64,000 bases of DNA, from positions 8,384 through 72,383 of the forward strand of contig JAYPJE010000007.1 in the NCBI GenBank assembly GCA_038128265.1, read 5' to 3'. Position 1 is the stretch's first letter; every line of letters begins with the position of its first letter. The position numbers and the translations under genes were made by a program. This document shows, in pieces, positions 9,537-18,548 of the stretch. The notes beneath the pieces were generated by a model. That model worked only from the letters and a program-made list of their open reading frames with translations, had not been told where the DNA came from and ran no database searches. The DNA comes from Gemmatimonadota bacterium (GTDB taxonomy: Bacteria > Latescibacterota > UBA2968 > UBA8231).

Positions 9537-11440
9537 AGGCGCAATATACTTCGGTGCTGAGCATCCTACTGCTGGCGCTACTCGGTCACGCAAACAGCTT
9601 TCCGGGGGCATTCCACTATGACGATGCCCATTCTATCGTCGAGAATCCGTCGATTCGCTCCTTTGATCATATGCCCGCCCTATTTATCGATCCGGCGCTG
9701 TTTTCCAGTGAAAAGGGCATGGCCATGTACCGGCCGCTGGTGGTGCTCAGCTATCGGCTCAACTATGCGTTGGGGGGGCTTGAGGCGGCTGGCTATATCG
9801 CCGTCAACCTGCTCCTGCACGCCTGTACGGCCGTATTCGTCCTGCTGCTACTGCAGCGCTGGTTACCCGCTGGGATGAGCGCTTGGTCTGCCGCCGCCGT
9901 GTTTGCCCTGCATCCGGTGCATGCGCAGGTGGTCAATTATATAAGCTCGCGTTCGGAGAGCATGGCCGCGCTGGCGGTGTGCGCGACGCTCTACTATGTG
10001 CTGGTTCAACGCGATCGGGCCGCCTGGTGTAGCTACGCGCTGGGCCTTGGGGCCAAGTCGCAGGCCATCGTGTTGATGCCGCTGCTCCTTGTCGTGCAGT
10101 GGGGGCGGAGTCAGGGAACTGCTCTCGTGCGCCTCTTCGTGCCGTTTGCGGCCCTTTCTTTGGGCTATTTGGCGCTGATCTACGGCAATGATTTCCTGCC
10201 GCGCTCGCTGAACCAAGAGGTGAGAGCACCCTTTGTCCAGGCCTATACACAAGCCAAGGCGCTCGTCTATTACGTCTATCTGTTTGTCTGGCCCGTGCCG
10301 TTAAGCGTGGAGCACCCGCTAGGGGAATCGTCGCGGCCCGACGGCGCGGTCCTCTGGGCATTCGCCGCGCTATGCTCTGCTGTATACCTTGCCCTGCGTG
10401 CCCGCTATTGGGCCGGTCGCGCTGCGCTGTTTTGGCTGGCGGCGATGAGCCTGACCAGTATTGTGCCGCTCAATGTAGTGGTCAACGAACACCGCCTCTA
10501 CCTTGGCTCCATCGGTTTGTGCGCTCTGCTGGCCGGGGTGTCCATGGGAGGGGACAAACGGGTGCTGCGCCGCTTGGGCGCAGTCTATTTGTTGGCCCTG
10601 GCCGTGCTCGGGTGGCAGCGCAACGCCGTTTGGCAGGACGAGTATGCGCTGTGGAGCGACGCTGTGGATAAGTCGCCTAACTCCTTTCGTGCACTGAGCA
10701 ATCTTGGTCTGGCCCAACTCGAACGCGGGGAGTTGGAGGCGGCGCGCCAAACGCTGGAACGCGCGCTCCATCTCAACCGGGGGTATGGACGTACCTGGAG
10801 CAATTTGGGCTTGGTCCACGAGGAATTAGGCGCCTACGATAAGGCCGAGTCCTCGTATCGACAGGCCGTGGCGCTGCGGCCCGATTGGACGGGTTTTCGC
10901 CTCCAGCTAGGGCGACTTTACGTGGGATTGGGGCGCTATGGAGAGGCGATTGCCCTGCTGGCAGACGCTGCTGTGGGCGATGTGCACTCGGGGGCCGTGC
11001 ACGCGCTGCTGGGGTTGGCTCATCAGCGTGCAGGAAGGATGCAAAATGCTGTAGAACAGTATAATACAGCTATTACATTAGGAAATACATCAATTGAATT
11101 GCTCAATAACTTGGGGTTGGCTAGGCAGGATCTGGGCGATTGGGAAGGGGCGCGTGCGGCGTTTAGCCAGGCGCTAGGGCTAGCGCCCGAAGACGGGTCG
11201 ACGCGCATCAATCTGCGCATGCTAGAGCTCCGTCAGGAGGGCCGCTCGGCGCTGGCGTGTTATGAGCAATTGGTTGAGGAATTTCCCCGGCAGATCGATG
11301 TATGGCGCGCTCTGGCCAGCGAATTGGCTCGCGTCGGGCGGATAGGCGAGGCCATTGAAGCCTGCTATAAGGTGCTGGAACTCCATCCGCAAGACCGGCA
11401 GGCGGCGGCAAATATAAGGCGTTTAAGAGCGCTGAAATAA
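9533..11440 (+). CDS. TMTC-like GT-C-fold membrane protein with C-terminal TPR domain, paralog 6 (635 aa)
   Basis: ATG at 9533 forms an ATGA overlap. Motifs present: HANSFPGAFHYDDAHSIVENPSIRSF, MYRPLVVLSYRLNYA, VNYISSRSESMAA, PLNVVVNEHRLYLG, QRNAVWQDEYALW. The C-terminus is TPR-like (SNLGLAQLERG, WSNLGLVHEELG). Confidence 0.8.
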   Translation: MKAQYTSVLSILLLALLGHANSFPGAFHYDDAHSIVENPSIRSFDHMPALFIDPALFSSEKGMAMYRPLVVLSYRLNYALGGLEAAGYIAVNLLLHACTAVFVLLLLQRWLPAGMSAWSAAAVFALHPVHAQVVNYISSRSESMAALAVCATLYYVLVQRDRAAWCSYALGLGAKSQAIVLMPLLLVVQWGRSQGTALVRLFVPFAALSLGYLALIYGNDFLPRSLNQEVRAPFVQAYTQAKALVYYVYLFVWPVPLSVEHPLGESSRPDGAVLWAFAALCSAVYLALRARYWAGRAALFWLAAMSLTSIVPLNVVVNEHRLYLGSIGLCALLAGVSMGGDKRVLRRLGAVYLLALAVLGWQRNAVWQDEYALWSDAVDKSPNSFRALSNLGLAQLERGELEAARQTLERALHLNRGYGRTWSNLGLVHEELGAYDKAESSYRQAVALRPDWTGFRLQLGRLYVGLGRYGEAIALLADAAVGDVHSGAVHALLGLAHQRAGRMQNAVEQYNTAITLGNTSIELLNNLGLARQDLGDWEGARAAFSQALGLAPEDGSTRINLRMLELRQEGRSALACYEQLVEEFPRQIDVWRALASELARVGRIGEAIEACYKVLELHPQDRQAAANIRRLRALK

Positions 11441-11533
11441 ATGCCATCCGATTGACAGGAAGGGCGGCGAATCCTTTCTTTGAAAGACACTTTTTCTCCC
11501 AAATTTACAACCGGTTGAGGCATTTACGAGGGC

Positions 11534-13333
11534 ATGGACGCATCGCGCATCCGCAACTTTTCCATTATCGCTCACATCGATCACGGCAAGTCGACGCTCG
11601 CCGATCGGCTGCTTGAAAAAACGGCTACGCTCACGCAGAAGCAGATGCAGGAACAGGTCCTCGACAGCATGGATCTGGAGCGAGAGCGCGGCATCACGAT
11701 TAAGGCCCATGCCGTGCGCATGAATTACAGGGCCCAAAGCGGCGAAATTTACCAGTTTAACCTCATCGACACGCCGGGCCACGTCGATTTCACCTACGAA
11801 GTTTCGCGAAGTTTGGCCGCCTGTGAAGGCGCCCTGCTCGTCGTGGATGCCACGCAGGGGGTAGAGGCGCAGACCGTGAGCAACTTGCTGCTGGCCATGA
11901 ACAACGACCTGGCCATAATTCCCGTGCTCAATAAGATCGATATGCCCGCAGCGCAGGTCGACTCGGTCAAGCAGCAGGTGCTGGATTTGCTCGGGGGCAG
12001 CGAGGACGAAATTATCTCCATAAGTGCCAAAGCGGGCATGGGGATAGACGAAGTGCTGGAAGCGGTGGTCGAACGCATACCAGCGCCGACCGGACCGCGC
12101 GAAGCGCCGCTGCGCGCGCTGATCTTTGACTCGCTCTACGACCAGTATCGCGGCGTAATATGCTTTATCCGCGTGGTGGATGGCATGCTGCGCAAGGGGC
12201 AGAAGGTGCGCTTTTACTCCACGGGAGTCGTCTACGAAGTTGAGGAAGTGGGCACACTGGTGCTCGACCGGGTTGCGACGCCGGAGCTGCTGGCTGGGGA
12301 AGTGGGCTATTTGACGGCGAATATCAAAGAACTGGATGAAGCGGGAGTGGGCGATACGGTGATGGATGCCGGCAGCGAGGGCGTGCTGCCCCTGCCGGGC
12401 TATCAGCCGCTCAAATCCATGGTATTCAGCGGTATCTATCCGGTTAACCCGGACGACTACGAAGAACTGCGCGACGCGCTGGATCGGCTCAAACTCAACG
12501 ATGCGGCCTTCTCATACGAACCGGAGACATCGCCCGCGCTGGGCTTTGGCTTCCGCTGCGGGTTTCTCGGGCTGCTGCATATGGAGATCATTCAGGAGCG
12601 TCTGGACCGCGAGTACCAGGTTGAAATCATTACCACGCTGCCCAATGTGCGCTATGAAGTCCTCAAGAAGGACGGCGAATTGATCGAAGTTGAAAATCCC
12701 TCGCTATTGCCTCCGGCCGTAGAGATCGACGAGGTGCGCGAACCCATCTTGTCGGTGCAAATACTCGTCCCGAGTGATTACATCGGCGCGGTGATGAAGA
12801 TTTGCAACGATCGCCGGGGCCTCTACCTCAACACGGAATACCTCGATGGCAGCCGCGCCATTCTCAGCTTTGAACTGCCCCTTTCGGAGGTGGTGATTGA
12901 CTTTTACGACCGCCTGAAATCATCGACGCGCGGCTACGCTTCGTTTGACTACGAGCACAAGGAAATGCGGGCTGGACCGCTGGCTAAGCTCGATATTCTC
13001 ATCAACGGCGAACCGCTCGATGCGCTTTCGGCCATTATTCACCGCGATAATGCGCCCGTGTGGGGACGCAAGCTCTGTCTCAAGCTGAAGGAACTGATTC
13101 CGCGCCAGATGTTTGAGGTTGTTATCCAGGGGGCCGTGGGCAATAAGATCGTCGCGCGCGAAGTCGTGCGGCCCTTTCGCAAAAACGTCATTGCCAAGTG
13201 CTATGGGGGCGATATAACGCGCAAGCGCAAATTGCTCGAGAAACAAAAGGAGGGCAAGAAGCGCGCCAAGCAGTTTGGCAAAGTTGAAATACCCCAAGAG
13301 GCCTTTCTCGCTGCGCTCAAAATGGAAGATTGA
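11534..13333 (+). CDS. lepA: Translation elongation factor 4 (LepA)
   Basis: The N-terminus IRNFSIIAHIDHGKSTLADRLLE, then DTPGHVDF and NKID GTPase boxes. The characteristic LepA C-terminus is present (ITRKRKLLEKQKEGKKRAKQFGKVEIPQEAFLAAL). Length is 599 aa. Confidence 0.97.
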   Translation: MDASRIRNFSIIAHIDHGKSTLADRLLEKTATLTQKQMQEQVLDSMDLERERGITIKAHAVRMNYRAQSGEIYQFNLIDTPGHVDFTYEVSRSLAACEGALLVVDATQGVEAQTVSNLLLAMNNDLAIIPVLNKIDMPAAQVDSVKQQVLDLLGGSEDEIISISAKAGMGIDEVLEAVVERIPAPTGPREAPLRALIFDSLYDQYRGVICFIRVVDGMLRKGQKVRFYSTGVVYEVEEVGTLVLDRVATPELLAGEVGYLTANIKELDEAGVGDTVMDAGSEGVLPLPGYQPLKSMVFSGIYPVNPDDYEELRDALDRLKLNDAAFSYEPETSPALGFGFRCGFLGLLHMEIIQERLDREYQVEIITTLPNVRYEVLKKDGELIEVENPSLLPPAVEIDEVREPILSVQILVPSDYIGAVMKICNDRRGLYLNTEYLDGSRAILSFELPLSEVVIDFYDRLKSSTRGYASFDYEHKEMRAGPLAKLDILINGEPLDALSAIIHRDNAPVWGRKLCLKLKELIPRQMFEVVIQGAVGNKIVAREVVRPFRKNVIAKCYGGDITRKRKLLEKQKEGKKRAKQFGKVEIPQEAFLAALKMED

Positions 13334-13336
13334 GCT

Positions 13337-14047
13337 ATGAGCAAGAAGGGGCCGAGCAAGGCCAAAGAGCCCGTTCGCCGCGCCGGCAGCCGGGCGGGAG
13401 CGGGGCGCACTCGCCGGCCTTACGTTGTGCTGGCGGTTTTAGCGTTGCTGGCGGTCGTGCTGTATTGCTCCGTTGCACTGCCCTATCGCGTGCCCTCACG
13501 GGCTATGGAAGATACGCTGTTGGCCGGCGATTACGTGCTGCTGGAAAAGCTGAGTTACGGAGCCCAATTACCCTTTGCGCTGGGGCGATTACCGGCCCTG
13601 GGAAGGGTCGACGTCGGCGACGTCGTCGTATTTCACCTGCCCGACGATGCGCAGCGCGTATACGTTAAACGCTGTATGGCAACGGAGGGGCAGGTGGTGG
13701 AGATCGTCGACAAAGTCCTCTACGTCGATGGCGTGCGCGTGCCGGATCCGCCGCACTCGAAATACATAGACGCGCGCATTATGGCCGTCGGTCAGAGCAC
13801 GCGCGACAATTGGGGGCCGGTCGAAGTGCCTCCCGGTAGCTTCTTTCTGGTGGGCGATAACCGCGATAACAGCCGCGATAGCCGGGCGTGGGGATTTATC
13901 CCCGTTGAAATGCTGGTTGGCCGGGCGGTCGCCGTGCTCTTTTCGCTGCATCCGCTGGCTGGGGCCGACGACGGCCCGCTGTGGGCTGCGCTGGGTGGGT
14001 TGCCCGAACGCGTGCGCTGGACGCGGCCCGGCACCTGGGTGGACTGA
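13337..14047 (+). CDS. lepB: Signal peptidase I homolog with Ala at the expected nucleophile position
   Basis: An N-terminal TM segment is followed by box B-like VPSRAMEDTLLAGD, box D YVKRCMATEGQVV and box E GDNRDNSRDSRAWGFIP. It sits 3 nt after lepA. See the finding on the Ser->Ala substitution. Confidence 0.85.
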   Translation: MSKKGPSKAKEPVRRAGSRAGAGRTRRPYVVLAVLALLAVVLYCSVALPYRVPSRAMEDTLLAGDYVLLEKLSYGAQLPFALGRLPALGRVDVGDVVVFHLPDDAQRVYVKRCMATEGQVVEIVDKVLYVDGVRVPDPPHSKYIDARIMAVGQSTRDNWGPVEVPPGSFFLVGDNRDNSRDSRAWGFIPVEMLVGRAVAVLFSLHPLAGADDGPLWAALGGLPERVRWTRPGTWVD

Positions 14048-14049
14048 GC

Positions 14050-15231
14050 GTGCTGCGCGGCCTCTATGTCCACATTCCCTTTTGTCCGCAAATCTGTCCC
14101 TATTGCGCCTTTGCCTCGCTGCGCGGCCGCGATCATTTGCACCGGCCCTATATGGTAGCGCTGAGACGGGAGTTGGAGCGTTGGGCGACTGTGCGCCCGT
14201 CCGCGCCGCTGGATACGGTGTTTATCGGTGGCGGCACGCCGACTCAGATTGCACCGGCCCTGTTAGCTGAACTGCTGGAGGCGGTGGACGGAGTGCTGGG
14301 AGTGGGCGAAGGGACGGAAATAACGGTCGAGGCCAATCCCGGCACCGTCGATCAGAGCGCTTTTGCCGCTCTGCGTGCGGCTGGTTGTACGCGCCTCAGT
14401 TTGGGCGTCCAGTCCTTTGACGACGGGGCCCTCAAGAGATTGGGGCGCGTGCATAGCGCCGCCGATGCCGAGCGGGCCTTTGCCGGGGCGCGTCAGGCGG
14501 GTTTTGAAAACGTCAGTATTGACCTCATCTTTAGCGTGCCCGGCGTAGGGCAAGACGCCTGGCGGGGAAGCGTCGACAGGGCCATTTCCTTGGAACCCGA
14601 GCACGTGTCGGCCTACGCGCTGACCATAGAAGAGGGCACGACGTTTGCCGATCGCCAGCGCGATGGACGCCTTAAGCCACTGGGTGAAGACGAAGATGCC
14701 GCGCAGTATGAATGGACGCGGCATCGCCTAATCGAAGCCGGATTTGAGCAGTACGAAGTGTCTAATTTCGCCCGCAGCGGGCGCCGTTCGCGCCACAACT
14801 GGTCCTATTGGACGGGCGTGGAGTACCTCGGCATCGGTCTTTCGGCTCACAGCTATCTAGGCGGGGAGCGATTCTGGAATACGCGCGAAATAGAGACTTA
14901 TATTGACCGGCTCGAGGCCGGCCAATCGCCGATTGATGGGAGCGAGCGGGTGGACGAGCAGACGGCGCGGCGAGAGCGCTATTGGCTGGGATTGCGGACG
15001 AGCCAAGGCGCTGCGTTACAGGGAGAAGAAGGCGCCCGCCTAGCATCGAGCACGCGCTTTGGCCAGCTGGTTGACGCCGGCTATCTATCCTTGGGAAGGG
15101 AGTATCTAACGCTTGGTGAAGGGGGGTGGAGTCTGGCTGATTTGCTGGCGGTAGAAGTGACAAACATACTTGAGGGCGCGCCCCTTACTCGCCTTGCAAC
15201 TTCGCAGGAAAACGAGATGAACGTATGCTAA
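14050..15231 (+). CDS. hemW: Radical SAM HemW/HemN-like protein (heme chaperone / coproporphyrinogen III oxidase family)
   Basis: GTG at 14050 lies 2 nt after the lepB stop. LYVHIPFCPQICPYCAF supplies the CxxxCxxC radical-SAM cluster motif, and IGGGTPT is present. lepA-hemN/hemW linkage is a common synteny. Confidence 0.85.
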   Translation: MLRGLYVHIPFCPQICPYCAFASLRGRDHLHRPYMVALRRELERWATVRPSAPLDTVFIGGGTPTQIAPALLAELLEAVDGVLGVGEGTEITVEANPGTVDQSAFAALRAAGCTRLSLGVQSFDDGALKRLGRVHSAADAERAFAGARQAGFENVSIDLIFSVPGVGQDAWRGSVDRAISLEPEHVSAYALTIEEGTTFADRQRDGRLKPLGEDEDAAQYEWTRHRLIEAGFEQYEVSNFARSGRRSRHNWSYWTGVEYLGIGLSAHSYLGGERFWNTREIETYIDRLEAGQSPIDGSERVDEQTARRERYWLGLRTSQGAALQGEEGARLASSTRFGQLVDAGYLSLGREYLTLGEGGWSLADLLAVEVTNILEGAPLTRLATSQENEMNVC

Positions 15232-16925
15232 AACGGACGCTGTTACTGTGGCTTGTAGTCGGCTTTGTGCTATCCCCTACAGTGCACGCGCAGCAAACGG
15301 CGCAGAGAGCCGGAGTAGACGTACTCGAGGAGCAGAGCGATGTGTCCGAGAGGGAAGCTCCAGTCATCGGTATGGAAGCGTACCGCGAAGTGCTGGAATC
15401 TGGTGCCTACTTGGTGGGACCGGGAGACGAATTCCTCGTTTATGTGCCGGGCATGACGCAGCCCATGTACAATCGGGTGCTGGCTGAGGGGAGCGTGTTT
15501 ATTCCCCAGGTCGGCAATATCAGCGTTGGCGGTCTGCGCCTAGACGAAGCGCGTCGGCGCGTGCAGCAGCGCTTTGCCGAAGTGGTGCGCTTGGGGGATC
15601 TGAGTTTTGAATTAAGCGAGGCGCGGAAATTTCCCGTGCCCATTCTAGGCATGGTAAGCGAACCGGGCATTTACAGGGCCAGCGGCGTTGAACGGGTAAG
15701 TCAGGTCATAGGCAACGCCGGCGAACTGCAAGAACGGGCTACGACGCGCAATATCCACTTGTTGAAAACGACCCATATGTCGGTCGAGGAGCGCGCGGAG
15801 CTCAGCAAGCGCCTCGCCCTTGGCTTCGGTGCGGGTAAAGTGGATGGCGTCGAGATCAAACGGGTCGATATCGATATGTACCGGATAACGGGGGAGTCGC
15901 GCTACAACCCGTTTATCGAAGACGGCGATATTATTTTGGTGACCGCTTCTATTGGGCGCATGGCCTGTTTTGGCGCGATGAATCGCCCGGGCTATTACGA
16001 GTATGTGCCGGGCGATCGCATGAGCGACCTGCTGCGTCTGGCGCTTGGTCCCTCGGCTGATGTCGATATGTCCAACATCTGGCTGTTTCGCTATGAAAAC
16101 GATTTAGAGGGGCGCGTTGCTCTGCCGGTAGATGTACAGGCGGTGTTGGCGGGTTATCCGGAGGCAGATATAGAGCTTAAAGCCGACGATTGGCTCAACG
16201 TGCGGTCCATTCCTGAATTTCACAAGCGGAGCGAGGTCTCCATTTTGGGCGAAGTGGCCTATCCGGGCTACTACGTCATTGATACGGAAGGTATGGATCT
16301 GCGTTCGCTGGTTGCCAAGGCCGGCGGCTTTACGGCGCGTGCCGCTCTTGCGGAGGCGCGCATCGTGCGCCAAAACAGCCTGCAGCAAGGAGACCAGCAG
16401 ACTCGGGTTGAGGAAGTCGATCCCGAATTTGAGCGCATTCGCTTTATTCCCGTGGCCGACCGCACGGAAGACGAAAACCAGTATTTTATCATGAAGTCGC
16501 GCGAGCGCGCGGGGCAGATGTCCGTCGACTGGGTAAAGCTCTTTACCGAGGGCGATGAGTCGCATAATATACCGCTTCTGCCCGGTGATATTGTCGTAGT
16601 GCCAACGCTGCTGCGCACGGTGTCTGTAAGCGGGGCCGTTGCCCAGCCCGGCTCGGTGACCTACGATGCGTCTTTTACCGTCGCTGACTATATAGAGCGC
16701 ACGGGAGGGTTGGGATGGCGCGCCTCCGATGATGTGCGTGTCATCAAGGGGCTTACGGGCGAGATCAAACGCGCAAAGGATTCGGTGCAAATCCAACCCG
16801 GCGACCGGATATGGGTCAAGGAAAAGCCCCAGCGCGATTATTGGGAGATTTTTACGCAGACCATGAGCGTGATAGGCGAGGTGACGACGGTGGTCTTACT
16901 CTTTGTAACGATTACGGGAAACTGA
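15225..16925 (+). CDS. Polysaccharide export protein (Wza-like; Poly_export plus SLBB repeats), secreted
   Basis: Signal peptide MLKRTLLLWLVVGFVLSPTVHAQ. YLVGPGDEFLVYVPG...GNISVGGLRLDEARRRV matches the Poly_export signature. SLBB-like GDIILV and PGDIVVVP repeats follow. The start overlaps the hemW stop (ATGCTAA). Confidence 0.75.
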   Translation: MLKRTLLLWLVVGFVLSPTVHAQQTAQRAGVDVLEEQSDVSEREAPVIGMEAYREVLESGAYLVGPGDEFLVYVPGMTQPMYNRVLAEGSVFIPQVGNISVGGLRLDEARRRVQQRFAEVVRLGDLSFELSEARKFPVPILGMVSEPGIYRASGVERVSQVIGNAGELQERATTRNIHLLKTTHMSVEERAELSKRLALGFGAGKVDGVEIKRVDIDMYRITGESRYNPFIEDGDIILVTASIGRMACFGAMNRPGYYEYVPGDRMSDLLRLALGPSADVDMSNIWLFRYENDLEGRVALPVDVQAVLAGYPEADIELKADDWLNVRSIPEFHKRSEVSILGEVAYPGYYVIDTEGMDLRSLVAKAGGFTARAALAEARIVRQNSLQQGDQQTRVEEVDPEFERIRFIPVADRTEDENQYFIMKSRERAGQMSVDWVKLFTEGDESHNIPLLPGDIVVVPTLLRTVSVSGAVAQPGSVTYDASFTVADYIERTGGLGWRASDDVRVIKGLTGEIKRAKDSVQIQPGDRIWVKEKPQRDYWEIFTQTMSVIGEVTTVVLLFVTITGN

Positions 16926-16929
16926 GCGC

Positions 16930-18126
16930 ATGCAAGGCGAAAAGACCCTGCTCGACTACGTGTACGTCTTGGTCAAATGGCGGCGCCTAATCATCTGGCC
17001 CGTGCTGGTCGTATCACTGGCGGCTGCCGGCGTGGCCCTACTCCTACCGGAGCGCTGGCAGGCTGATACCGTGCTCTTGCCCAGCGAAGATGAACCGGGT
17101 CGCTTCGAGATGACGATGCTGCTGGGGCCAACGATGCCTGGGGGATTGGGTGGCTTGTTGGGCCAGGCGACGCCGGGGGAACGCCTGCTGACCGTATTGA
17201 AGAGCCGGCGCGTTCTGGGAGCCATGGTCGACCGCTTTGCCCTCGTTGAGGACTATGGCGTGCCCAATCGCGAATTGGCCATTGAGGCGCTGCGCGAGAT
17301 CGTCGAGGCCGAGCTGAGCCGCGACGGGGCGCTCTATGTGCAGGTAGAGGCGTCCAGTCCGCAGGGAGCTGCCGATCTAGCCAACGCACTCGCCGTTGAA
17401 CTCGACGCCGTCGTGCGCCAAAACAAGCGGACGCAGGCTGACGAACTGCGCGGCTTTTTGGAAGATCGCATGGAGACGGTGCAGGGGGAAATTGAGGCCA
17501 AAGCGCTCTATATGCGCCGTTTTCAGGAAGAGCGGGGCATTGTCGACCTCGAAGCGCAGACGGCGGCCATGGTCGAACTGACGCAACATATCGTCCAAGA
17601 GCTGGCCATGCTCGAGGTAAAACTGGGCATTGCCCAGCGTCGCCTCAAACCCGACCACGAGGAGCGCCTCCTGCTGGAAATGGAGGCCGAAGAGTTGCGC
17701 GGGCAGCTGCAGCGGGCCGTCGGCGATATGGGAGAGCAGGTCGTTTTTGAGCGAGAGCAACGGGATGACGCCTTTGCCGCACTTGGACCTCCGCTGCGCC
17801 AGTGGCCGAGCCTGGGGCTCGAATACGCCCAGCTAAGCCTTGAGATGAAAGTAGCCGAACAGGTGCTGGCCTTTCTCGCCGCCCAGTTGGAGGACGCCAA
17901 ATATCGCCAGGCCCAAGACGCGCCGACCCTGCAAATACTGGATCCGGCCTCGGTCCCCGAATTCCGCAGTGCGCCGAGTCGGACCCTTATCGTCTTGATA
18001 TCGGCCGGGCTGAGTCTAGCCATCGGCGTGGTGCTGGCCTTTTTCTTTGAGTCGCTGCAGGGGCTGTCTAACGAGAACCGCGACAAGCTGCTGGCCATAC
18101 GCCAGGCGTGGGGCAAAAATGGGTAG
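16930..18126 (+). CDS. Wzz/GumC-like polysaccharide chain-length determinant (no kinase domain)
   Basis: N-terminal LLDYVYVLVKWRRLIIWPVLVVSLAAAGVALLLPERWQA (Wzz-type TM1). A long periplasmic coiled coil follows, then a C-terminal TM (LIVLISAGLSLAIGVVLAFFF). There are no Walker motifs. Confidence 0.7.
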   Translation: MQGEKTLLDYVYVLVKWRRLIIWPVLVVSLAAAGVALLLPERWQADTVLLPSEDEPGRFEMTMLLGPTMPGGLGGLLGQATPGERLLTVLKSRRVLGAMVDRFALVEDYGVPNRELAIEALREIVEAELSRDGALYVQVEASSPQGAADLANALAVELDAVVRQNKRTQADELRGFLEDRMETVQGEIEAKALYMRRFQEERGIVDLEAQTAAMVELTQHIVQELAMLEVKLGIAQRRLKPDHEERLLLEMEAEELRGQLQRAVGDMGEQVVFEREQRDDAFAALGPPLRQWPSLGLEYAQLSLEMKVAEQVLAFLAAQLEDAKYRQAQDAPTLQILDPASVPEFRSAPSRTLIVLISAGLSLAIGVVLAFFFESLQGLSNENRDKLLAIRQAWGKNG

Positions 18127-18187
18127 TTGGTAATTTTTCTGGCCGGAATGCTCGCCGTGCCGATACAATAATTAGGTGAATTATTGT

Positions 18188-18379
18188 ATGAATTTTAAGA
18201 AAAACTACCCATTGCCCGAGCATCTCAGCGACGAAGATGCCCTGCCGCGCAGCCAAGAAGAGCGCCTGATGTGGATTCGACTGCGCGTCGAGAAGGGGTA
18301 CTACGAGAGCGATCGGATTAAAAAAGCCGTTGCGGAAGCGTTTATGGATCCGCCGACGTGCCGACGTGCTGGGGAGTGA
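18188..18379 (+). CDS. Small protein with FlgM-like (anti-sigma-28-like) C-terminus, 63 aa
   Basis: ATG at 18188 is preceded by TAGGTGA. The C-terminal segment EERLMWIRLRVEKGYYESDRIKKAVAEAFMD resembles the FlgM helix pattern (..I..G.Y.vD...iA..m). This is a weak, short match. Confidence 0.3.
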   Translation: MNFKKNYPLPEHLSDEDALPRSQEERLMWIRLRVEKGYYESDRIKKAVAEAFMDPPTCRRAGE

Positions 18380-18403
18380 GCCAGTCTAAAAGAGAATAAA
18401 AAA

Positions 18404-18439
18404 GGCGCCGCATCTACTGGAGATGCGGCGCCTTTTTTT
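18404..18439. terminator. Bidirectional rho-independent terminator
   Basis: A perfect 12-bp stem GGCGCCGCATCT / AGATGCGGCGCC has a 5-nt loop. It is flanked by an A-run (AATAAAAAA) upstream and T7 downstream. It lies between the convergent + operon and tRNA-Tyr. Confidence 0.8.
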
Positions 18440-18440
18440 A

Positions 18441-18525
18441 TGGTGGGGGGAGCAGGATTCGAACCTACGAAGGCTGAGCCAACAGATTTACAGTCTGCCC
18501 CGTTTGACCGCTTCGGTATCCCCCC
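18441..18525 (-). tRNA. tRNA-Tyr (anticodon GTA), 85 nt with encoded CCA and a long variable arm
   Basis: The reverse complement reads GGGGGGATACCGAAGCGGTCAAACGGGGCAGACTGTAAATCTGTTGGCTCAGCCTTCGTAGGTTCGAATCCTGCTCCCCCCACCA. It has a 7-bp acceptor stem, anticodon loop CTGTAAA and T-loop GGTTCGAATCC. It is close to E. coli tRNA-Tyr. Confidence 0.93.
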
Positions 18526-18548
18526 AGATGTTTCTTTTTAGAAATCTA

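Noticed and set aside
11452-11480. A TTGACA hexamer upstream of lepA as a promoter.
   Set aside because: The hexamer 16-18 nt downstream (TTTCTT/CTTTCT) is not a credible -10, so the call cannot be supported from sequence alone.
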